From positions 4,294 to 68,293 of the forward strand of contig JALONG010000017.1 of NCBI GenBank assembly GCA_025455065.1: a stretch of DNA of 64,000 nucleotides, in the 5' to 3' direction. The translations under genes were made by a program, and so were the position numbers. Each line of letters begins with the position of its first letter. The first letter of the stretch is position 1. The notes below the pieces were generated by a model that was given only the letters and a program-made list of their open reading frames with translations, had not been told where the DNA came from and ran no database searches. Shown here piece after piece: positions 47,989 through 56,600 of the stretch. The DNA comes from Candidatus Kapaibacterium sp. (GTDB lineage Bacteria; Bacteroidota; Ignavibacteria; Kapaibacteriales; UBA4661).

Positions 47989-49167
47989 ATGGCAGACAAA
48001 GCATTCATAACACCAAATGTTCTGAAATGGGCAAGAGAATCGGCAAGAATGACCGAAGAAACTGCTGCTGCCAAAGTTTCTGTGACGGTTGACAAACTTA
48101 AGGAATGGGAAGAAGGAACAAGTCAGCCAACAATCAGACAAGCACAAATCTTAGCTAAAGCATATAAAAGACCTTTTGCTTTGTTCTTTTTGCCAGAAGT
48201 TCCTCGAGACTTTCAGCCACTCCAAGACTTTAGAAAGTCTGGTTCAAAAACTCTGACAACATCTTCAATTTTTATCATCAGAGAAATCCAACAAAAACAA
48301 GCATGGATTAGTGATATATATTCAGAAAACCAAGAAGACAAATTAGCTTTTGTAGGTCGTTTTTCAATAAAAGACAATCCTCAAACCGTAGCAAAAGACA
48401 TTCTTGAAACATTAAAAATTAATCCTGCATCTTACAAGACAGACAACCCCATCAAAGAATGGATTGATGCAGCAGAAACAAATGGCATTTTCGTATCAAG
48501 AACAAGTTTCATTCATTCTCGTCTAAAGCTTGATTCCGAAGAGTTACAAGGCTTTGCTATTGCAGACCTTCACGCTCCTTTTGTGTTCGTTAATTCTGAA
48601 GACTGGAACGCACCACAACTTTTCACACTTGTCCATGAGCTAGCACCTATTTGGATAGCTGAAACAGGTATTTCAAATGAAGTTGAACCTGAAATAAAAC
48701 CTAAAGACAAGTTTCATCCGGTGGAATTATTCTGCAATGAAATTGCAGCAAATGCTTTAATGCCAAAAGAGATTGTTTTAAGTTTTGACACTGCATCTTT
48801 TCAAAATTCTAAAGATGTTTTTAAAGTTGCGAAGCAATTAGGAGTAAGCTCATTTGCTCTCTTGGTTCGAGCATTGAATCTTAATATTATTTCTGCTCCA
48901 GTTTATCAAAAACTTAAAAAGCAAGCTGACATCAATTATGCTGAGTATTTGAAAAAAGAAGCAGAAAAAAAAGCCAAACAAAAAGAAAAGGATAAACCAG
49001 GCGGACCGAATTACTTTTTACTGCAACTAAACAGAAACAGTAGACTTTTTACCCAAACGGTTTTAGATGCATTTCGTGGTGGCTTTATAGAGCCGACAAT
49101 GGCTAGTAATCTTTTAAATGTTCAAGTAAATAAATTTCCAAAACTCGAATCACAATTATTTAGATGA
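47989..49167 (+). CDS. XRE-HTH + ImmA/IrrE (COG2856) metallopeptidase-domain protein with degenerate active site
   Basis: N-terminal HTH (LKWARESARMTEETAAAKVSVTVDKLKEWEEG). In the peptidase core, the expected HEXXH reads HELAP (48634-48648; CCT where CAT is expected). The stop overlaps the next start (ATGA). Confidence 0.7.
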   Translation: MADKAFITPNVLKWARESARMTEETAAAKVSVTVDKLKEWEEGTSQPTIRQAQILAKAYKRPFALFFLPEVPRDFQPLQDFRKSGSKTLTTSSIFIIREIQQKQAWISDIYSENQEDKLAFVGRFSIKDNPQTVAKDILETLKINPASYKTDNPIKEWIDAAETNGIFVSRTSFIHSRLKLDSEELQGFAIADLHAPFVFVNSEDWNAPQLFTLVHELAPIWIAETGISNEVEPEIKPKDKFHPVELFCNEIAANALMPKEIVLSFDTASFQNSKDVFKVAKQLGVSSFALLVRALNLNIISAPVYQKLKKQADINYAEYLKKEAEKKAKQKEKDKPGGPNYFLLQLNRNSRLFTQTVLDAFRGGFIEPTMASNLLNVQVNKFPKLESQLFR

Positions 49168-49670
49168 TCACAAAGGCAAACAAATATTGTTTGGATGCCA
49201 ATGTGTTAATCCAGGCATGGCAAAAATACTACAACCCAAAATTTTGTCCTGATTATTGGAAAATCTTAACCGAACTCGGAAAAAACGGAAAGATTTTTAT
49301 TCCTGAATTGGTTTATGAAGAAATTGTTCGGACAGAAGACGACCTCTCAAAATAGTTAAAAGCGAGTAAAATCCCAATCAATAAAATTAGCGAACCTGTT
49401 ACTCTCTGCTTACAAAAAATATATGCAGCAGACCCAGCACACAAAAACTTGGTTGACAACACAAAAGCCCGTTCATTAGCTGACCCATGGGTGATTGCTC
49501 ACGCTTTACATGAAAATGCGACTGTTGTAACCAAAGAAGAAAAAGTAACAGCATTAAACTCAAACAAGATAAAAATACCCAACGTTTGCGACAACATGGG
49601 GATTAGATGGATTAACGACTTCCAATTCATTGACGAGTTAGACATTAAATTCCAATGTTCCTTGACCTAA
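49164..49670 (+). pseudogene. DUF4411 (PIN-like) protein gene interrupted by an in-frame TAG
   Basis: ORFs 49164..49355 and 49449..49670 are in the same frame. The single stop TAG at 49353-49355 lies in ...EDDLSK*LKASK..., where a Trp (TGG) is plausible. The C-terminal half has ADPWVIAHA...IKIPNVC, typical of DUF4411. Confidence 0.6.
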
Positions 49671-49696
49671 CCGATGACAGAAAAGAAGCACGAACC

Positions 49697-49824
49697 GCCA
49701 ACACGGGTTTTGCGTCAGGCGGGGCTACTTGCAAATTTGGAGCTTTGTGCTTCTATTCAAGTTCAGTGCTGGTTGACAGTTTTGTGATCCGAAATCCGCC
49801 CCCGCCAAACCCGAAAACGTTAGC
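49697..49824 (+). other. attC-like imperfect palindrome (site B)
   Basis: CGCCAAC-A-CGGGTTTTG...GGCGGGG on the left pairs with CCCCGCC-CAAACCCG-AAAAC-GTTAGCC on the right. It follows the DUF4411 stop by 27 nt and precedes leader copy 3. Confidence 0.5.
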
Positions 49825-49827
49825 CTC

Positions 49828-49953
49828 ACGCACCTTTGCACAAAAAAGCCCTGAAGCCAAGACTACACCTTGCCTTCAGGGTTTTTATTTTTTGAGGGCA
49901 GTTTGCGGAGAAATGCCGTTGAAGCAAGACAAAATCTGGCGTTGAGGTCGGTT
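49828..49953 (+). repeat. conserved leader module, truncated copy 3
   Basis: ACGCACCTTTGCACAAAAAAGCCCTGAAGCCAAGACTACACCTTGCCTTCAGGGTTTTTATTTTTTGAGGGCAGTTTGCGGAG... Similarity stops about 20 nt before the CPBP gene stop. Confidence 0.8.
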
Positions 49954-49974
49954 GAAGTGTTTTTTTATGGTGGC

Positions 49975-50700
49975 TTACTGTTCAAATCGCCGTTCTGCTG
50001 CCAATATCGCTCCCCAGACAAGCATCCATACACAACCATTCACCAGCATAAACCGTGCATCCGGCAACGCCGCTTTCATCACAAAATACCCGCAATTCAA
50101 TACAACATGAAACAGCGCTGCAAGAATGACATTATACCGCAAAGAACCAAGTACATACGCCATTATACCCGATGCACCTGTTGAAAAGAGCAGAAAATAC
50201 GCCACATAGAGAACGCCATTTTGGAAATTCCCGACGTGCCACAATCCCCACAGCGCACCCACCACCAAGACAGCAATCATGCGGCTTTTGCGGTCTTCAA
50301 GCACACGCTGCAAATACCCGCGCCAGCCAATTTCCTCGCCAAACGCACCCAAGAACATTCCTGCCAGAATAAGCGGAATTTCACTGAACAGGGGAAACCG
50401 CGCCGGAAGTGGCTCGACCAGAAGATTATACGCCCAAAATATCGCAAACAATGCCGCGCTTGGAAGGAGAATCACGAGAAAATACCGTCTGAACGAAACA
50501 CCCGAAAGTGAGAATTGAAGCGGGAATCGGTCTTTCTTGAAGAAAATGAGCATAAGCGCGGCGGCTATCCCCGGACCAAGTTGCGGTAAAATTACCGTTT
50601 CCGGCGTGGTGAAGCCGCTTTCTTGCTGCACTCCGGCAATAAGAATAGTGAAAAACAGTGCCATTATGTAGTACAGTCCGATACGAAGCCAAAGATTCAT
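49975..50700 (-). CDS. CPBP family intramembrane glutamic endopeptidase (CAAX protease-like)
   Basis: EEIGWRGYL motif 1 and FHVVLN motif in a multi-TM protein. ATG at 50700. Confidence 0.8.
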   Translation of the reverse strand: MNLWLRIGLYYIMALFFTILIAGVQQESGFTTPETVILPQLGPGIAAALMLIFFKKDRFPLQFSLSGVSFRRYFLVILLPSAALFAIFWAYNLLVEPLPARFPLFSEIPLILAGMFLGAFGEEIGWRGYLQRVLEDRKSRMIAVLVVGALWGLWHVGNFQNGVLYVAYFLLFSTGASGIMAYVLGSLRYNVILAALFHVVLNCGYFVMKAALPDARFMLVNGCVWMLVWGAILAAERRFEQ

Positions 50701-50815
50701 AGAATTACAGAATATTGTGAGAAAGAAAACCCCACAGAAGCAAGGTTTTATCTGGATTACCAGCCGAATACTTTTGTCCAATACGTCCAAAGAAACCAAA
50801 AAGTTACAAAGGATT

Positions 50816-52078
50816 CTACTCATCGTGCGGCAACGTTTTCAAATGCGAATAATTCCCCCGCGTCCGCGCTAATACTTGTTGTAAGCGGGTAAAATTCTCT
50901 GGAGTTGGCTTGAGATTCACAAATTTTTCCACGATTGTGCGGTGCTTAAAAATGACAATCGTATTTTCCGCTTCGGGGTTAATGGTATTCAAATGCACAT
51001 CGCTTTCTCTGTCGGCAAAGGACGGCACAAAGGTTAGCGCAAGCCGCGTCAAACCGAGTGCGTTACCAAGCGTTTCAAGTTCTTTTCTGCGCCCTTCTGC
51101 GGTGTATCCTGCTGCATTGCCATAGATGTAATAGACTTTGAGTTCGTTGCCGCGCCGTATGCTTTCAGCTTCAAAAAACCGCAGCCATTGTTTGATTTCA
51201 TCCCAATTTGGACGATTCCCAACAAAATACTCAATACCGTGAAAACGCCCATATCTACACACCGGGCAAGCTCTCGTGCCTTTGTCCGCACCCCACGCAT
51301 GAAACGGAATAAACGACGGACAGTCTTCACCAATGGACAAGCCTGATTGCACAGGTGAGGTATTCTCGGAACGAGTTGCTATGCGACGTGGGGAGGTACG
51401 CCGCTCCACAGGATAGTTCGGAATGTTCAACCCCAATATAATGTCATGTTCGGCAATTTGTGTGCCGTTATTTACCAAAACCCTCAAAACCTCAGTTCCG
51501 GCGCGGTTTTGCTGACCATATTTTTTTCGGTGTGCCAAATACAACTTGTCATCGTCAAAGTACAAATCTGCGTAATACTCAATGATATTCGGCTCTTTTA
51601 TGGAGAGGTGAATATGCGCGGGTATCCCTGCATTGGGGTATGGTGCAGGTCGAAGCGTTTTTAAGACGTAATTCCCACTCACATCAGTTTTCACCCAGCC
51701 CCGCAAATGCCCGTGTTTCCTAGCGTTTGGCGGTGTACTGCTATTCGGCGAATACAAGCCTTTGGTGTCTGTATGCCAATAATACACAATCACATTCGGC
51801 GCGGGTGTTCTGCCGTCACGTTGAAATACCGTCCCTGTCAGCAACAGTTTTTGCCCTTGTTCAGACCATCCGGGGCTTATACTTTCGGAAGAGATTGACT
51901 GAGGGATGCCGATATACATCAATTCGCAACCATCGCAGCCGCCACCGATGAGGGTACTGGCTTTTTGCGCATTAACGGGTGCGAAAAACAGCATTGTCAA
52001 AAAGCAAAGAACGAGCATTTGTACCGAAAAACCCAGATTATTTTGGGGCGTGGTTTGGCGGTTATGTAGGTGTGCCAT
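50816..52078 (-). CDS. secreted intradiol-dioxygenase-like domain fused to a CxxC (thioredoxin-like?) C-terminal domain
   Basis: The N-terminal half has GTVFQRDGRTPAPNVIVYYWHTDTKGLY...GIPAHIHLSI (intradiol dioxygenase-like fold). The C-terminal half carries CPVC and an alpha/beta pattern. The start is uncertain (52078 or 52018). Confidence 0.55.
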   Translation of the reverse strand: MAHLHNRQTTPQNNLGFSVQMLVLCFLTMLFFAPVNAQKASTLIGGGCDGCELMYIGIPQSISSESISPGWSEQGQKLLLTGTVFQRDGRTPAPNVIVYYWHTDTKGLYSPNSSTPPNARKHGHLRGWVKTDVSGNYVLKTLRPAPYPNAGIPAHIHLSIKEPNIIEYYADLYFDDDKLYLAHRKKYGQQNRAGTEVLRVLVNNGTQIAEHDIILGLNIPNYPVERRTSPRRIATRSENTSPVQSGLSIGEDCPSFIPFHAWGADKGTRACPVCRYGRFHGIEYFVGNRPNWDEIKQWLRFFEAESIRRGNELKVYYIYGNAAGYTAEGRRKELETLGNALGLTRLALTFVPSFADRESDVHLNTINPEAENTIVIFKHRTIVEKFVNLKPTPENFTRLQQVLARTRGNYSHLKTLPHDE

Positions 52079-52208
52079 TGCAATTCGTGAAAATGGTAAA
52101 AAAAAACTTTTTACCAAAATATCGTTACGAATGGCTTCAATGCAAGTTCTTTAGGCTATCCTGTGGAAAGATTATGCTAAGATGAGGAGTTTGTGTTATG
52201 GTGATGTG

Positions 52209-53147
52209 TCATGGTGATGTGTCATGCTGAGGATGAACAAACCGCTCAAATTTCTCCTTAAACTCCTTCGCATAATTTCTGCTGAGGCGAACTTCCTGCC
52301 CATTGGTGAGCAGAATATCATAATCACCGTTCAAACGCGAGGTGCTTGAAATCACCTGCTCAAGGTTGATAATGGTTGATTTGTGAATCCGAACAAACTG
52401 CTCTTGCGGCAAGATTTCATGTACTGCTTTGAGCGTTTCGGCATGGAGAAATTCTTTCGTTTTGGTTTGAATCGTGATGTAGGGCGCGGAAGAAGTGATA
52501 CAGAGGATGTCGGTAAGCGGTACAGAAACGCGATGTTTGCTTGTGCCGACAAGAATATGCCGAACGTGTGGCGAAATAACTTGAGGAGAAATAACTTGGG
52601 ATTGTTGTGAACCTGCCCCGAACAAGGTCTGGGTTAGGCTTTCCGAATGTTGGTTTATCGCTTCCCTGTTGCTGTTTTCGTGTTTGTTCTGCAAAACCTT
52701 TTTCCATGCGGCTTCACGGCGAAAGGCAATCACGCCAAAACCTCCATACACAACGACATACATGAGAAAATCACTCGTAAATGTGTAGGTCAAATTTCCG
52801 ATAAAGGAGTACGTGTGGTCAAAGAACATCGCCGAAACGGCAAACACTGCACTAGCGAACATCACCGCATGAATCGGTATTGTCAGGCTCAAAAAGAGCA
52901 AGAGTTTCACCAACGAATGAAAGTGAAAATGGTCGTGAGCAAAGAGCTTCTTCACAATCCATAACCCGCCAAAGGCAACGGGAACAACAAATATCCAGAA
53001 GACCTTGAACAGAAGAGATTCAGAGAAATAAAACGCATACTCATTTCGCAGAGACTGAAAATAATCTTGCAAAATCCCAAGAGCAATAATGCCCAAAACT
53101 GACAACACCACCAATAATGCGGTGCGGAGGCGCTTCTCATTTCTCAT
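52209..53147 (-). CDS. membrane-anchored LytTR DNA-binding domain protein
   Basis: Four or five TM segments, then a C-terminal LytTR domain (FVRIHKSTIINLEQV). The start is uncertain (53147-53228). Confidence 0.7.
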   Translation of the reverse strand: MRNEKRLRTALLVVLSVLGIIALGILQDYFQSLRNEYAFYFSESLLFKVFWIFVVPVAFGGLWIVKKLFAHDHFHFHSLVKLLLFLSLTIPIHAVMFASAVFAVSAMFFDHTYSFIGNLTYTFTSDFLMYVVVYGGFGVIAFRREAAWKKVLQNKHENSNREAINQHSESLTQTLFGAGSQQSQVISPQVISPHVRHILVGTSKHRVSVPLTDILCITSSAPYITIQTKTKEFLHAETLKAVHEILPQEQFVRIHKSTIINLEQVISSTSRLNGDYDILLTNGQEVRLSRNYAKEFKEKFERFVHPQHDTSP

Positions 53148-53610
53148 GGTCAATGGTATTGGCTGTATCATGACGTAGATAAAATTCATTGTTTGAAAAC
53201 TCAAGCAAATATAAAAATTGGTACGCACAATCCTACATACAATAGATAGACAACCTATTCGTTTTGAACACAGCGAACATCAGGTAATTATGTATCCGGC
53301 AGAATACTTTTTTCGTATTGTTGCTCACCTTTTGCAAAAATTTGCAACAAATATGTTGCAATGTACAAACGAGCAATACTGGCTAAGGAATGAGAAATAA
53401 ATAACAGCGCGTTTTAAGATGCAATTCTTCAGAGTGGAACACTTATTTGAAAAGCAAGGTTTGATGAGCCACAGAGGACACAGAAGTCGCCGAGAACGAA
53501 TTACGCTTTTATTTCAATCACGTTCCTAATGTGTGTGTTCAGGTTCGACGTTGTTCTCCCCAACGAAAAATTTACCGTCCTCTTTTTTTTAACCCCATCT
53601 CCATTCTTCA

Positions 53611-56600
53611 ATGAAGCATCTTGCCTTTTTGCGGATTCTGCTTATTGCAATTATGGTAGTGTTCTGCGGTTTTGAGCAATCTCTTCTTGCCCAAAGCGCG
53701 GTCACTCCACAACAAGCATCAGAACCCGCTTACACGCTCTATTTTCCCGGCAAACGTCAGCCGGACGGCACATTTTCCCCTGCCCGTTTTTACCCGATTT
53801 ATCGAACCCCGAAAGGAACGTATTTGGAAAACAGGCTCTATGTCAAAATGCGTCAGTATGTTCCCATCGGGAAAAATGGTGCAAGTTTGCAGTCTTCCGC
53901 AGTGATGAACATTTTGCAACGTTATGGTGTTCGCGCTATTGCTCCTGCGATTCCAAAACTCAACGGAAATCTCCAATCCTACGACCCCGAAGGCTTAGGT
54001 AATGTCTATTCGGTACGCTTGGAAGGAAATGCCGATGTCTATGACGTTTGCAAAGAATTAGTGCAGTCGCCAGATGTAGAATACGCAGAACCGGTGTATT
54101 TGATGCAACTTCACAACGATTCCACTGCTCGCCGTTTTACGCCGAATGACCCGCTGTTCAGCCGACAGTATGAGTGGCAACGTATAGACGCAGAGCGGGC
54201 TTGGGGCGTTACGACAGGTTCGGCATCGGTTGTTATCGGGATTATTGATTCCGGCGTGGATTATGAGCATGAAGATTTAGCGTCAAAAATTTGGACAAAC
54301 CCCGGTGAAAGCGGCAGAGACGCTAACGGCAGAGATAAACGCACCAATGGCATTGATGACGACAACAACGGAAGAATTGATGATTTTCGCGGGTGGGATT
54401 TTGCAAACACCTTGAATCTTCAAGAAGCGAATGGCGGAGTGTACCGCGATGATAACGACCCTAAATTGCGCCGTACACTTGGTCGCAATTTAGGTGTTAC
54501 CGACGGAACGTCGAATCACGGCACACACGTTGCCGGTGCTTCTGCGGCGGCGACAAATAACGGTCTCGGCGTTGCCGGTGCCTGCCCCGAATGTTTGATA
54601 CTTCCCATAAAAATCATGTCAGAAGACTCTCTGTTGAACGGTTTACTACGCAGCGCAGAGGCAATGCGCTACGCGGCAGATATGGGCGCAAGTGTTGTTA
54701 ATATGAGCTTTGGCTCGCGTGGATTAGCACCATTCGCAAACTTTTCCGCATTTACGCAAGGCGTTCTCACCCAAGGCACAGCCGCCGGAACGCTCTACGT
54801 CTCGTCTGCAGGTAATGATGGTTCACTTCAGGATGATTTTAATTACCCTGCTTCTTACGATAATGTGTTTTCTGTGGGCAATTCAAATGTGAACGACGTA
54901 CCTGTGGCATCATCGAATTTTGGCATCAAAACAGGCGTTTTCGCTCCCGGAAACCAGACTTCAAGCACGTTCAGCGACAATCAATACCAATTCCTTAATG
55001 GTACGTCTATGGCTTCGCCGATTGTTGCCGGAGTTGCAGGTTTGCTGCGTTCACAACGCCCGACCTGGACACCGCGCCAAATCATGCACCAGATTCGCAG
55101 CACCTCAGACAACGCCATTTTGCAGGGCTTGGCACTTTCCGCACGCAATCCTTTTTACTACGGGCGCTTGAATGCCTTCCGCGCTTTGACTTTCAACAAC
55201 CCGCTTAATGAAGGTCCGAACGTTGTTCCCGGTATTAGCAACGTTGGCTTTACCGTTAGCGCTGAGAATGGCTTGATTACAGGCTTTCAGCCGGTACGGT
55301 TGCTTATTGCCGCACAAAATTTCTTGTCCAACGCCAACGATGTGAGCATCACGATTACCTCCCTCGACGGACGCGCACTGCCTGTTGGTACAAGCACGGT
55401 AAATGTTGGTAACATCAACACAATGCAGCAACGCATTGCGGAATTTCTTGTACAATTGCAACCATCGGCAGCATTAGGTGCGGGCTTGCGACGTGCTGAT
55501 TTCCAAATCACCTATCGCAGTGGTTCATACATCAACTATGAGCGTATTTCTCTCGCCTACAACACCCCTACAACGGTTGATACGCCTGAACTTACGGCAC
55601 CGACTTCCACAGATTTTGGTATTGCTCAAGTGCCTGTAACTCGCACCATTACTATTCGGAATAATGGTAATGTACCGATTACTCTCAATACAACAGCAAC
55701 AGTTTTTTCCGGTGCAAATGCATCAGAGTTTACCTTTTTTCCGACTCCAACAAGTTTGTCCATTCCCCCAACCGGATTTCAAACTTTAACAGTTCGTTTT
55801 GTCCCCAATACCAATGCTACCGGTCAAGGCAACCGCACAGCAACGCTAACCATTTCGGCGAGAACCGTGACAACCGACATCGTTACAACACTTCAACGCA
55901 CGGTACAGCTAACAGGTGTTTCGCGCTTTGTCGGCTCATTAACCGTTACACCCGCAGCAGGATTGGCGTTTGGAACTGTTACTATTGGAACAACACAAAT
56001 TTTAACGGCAACTTTTGCTAATACAAGCCCACTTCCTGTAACGATTCGTTCTGTGAACGTCGTAACGGGAACGACCGTAACATCCGGTGAATACAGGCTT
56101 CTCGACCAATTACCCAATGTCATTGCGCAGCGCACTTCGGCAACACTTCGTGTACAATTCACACCAAGCGCTACAACCGGTACTCGTCCTGCTTTTTTGA
56201 TTATTGAGACTGATTCCGACCCGATTCGCATTGCGCTCAATGGTGGTGGATTTATTGGTTCTCCGCCGCGTCAGCCGCGCGTTTTGAGTTATGGTTTTGT
56301 CGGACAGGCAGATTTTGTCGGCGGTTCCAATATCTTTAGCCGATTTGACCAACAGCCGCTCGGTACTATCAATCCTCCGCGTATCGGCGAGATTCGCATT
56401 GCCAATGATATTCAAGTTCGTAATCGCGGTACGCAAGCCGTTACCGTAACAGGTGCTTCCTTTAGCGGTGTAGGAGCGCAAGAGTTCACAATGACCGGAC
56501 CAATATTTCCCTTCACCTTGCAGCCCAATCAATCAACAACGCTGACCGTGCGCTATGCACCAACGGTTGTTGGTGAAAAATTTACAAGCGTTACGTTTTT

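Noticed and set aside
46101-49953. A complete integron (intI + attI + Pc) within the window.
   Set aside because: No ORF in any frame shows tyrosine-recombinase motifs (R..H-x-x-R..Y). Only attC-like sites and cargo are seen, so only a CALIN-like cluster is proposed.
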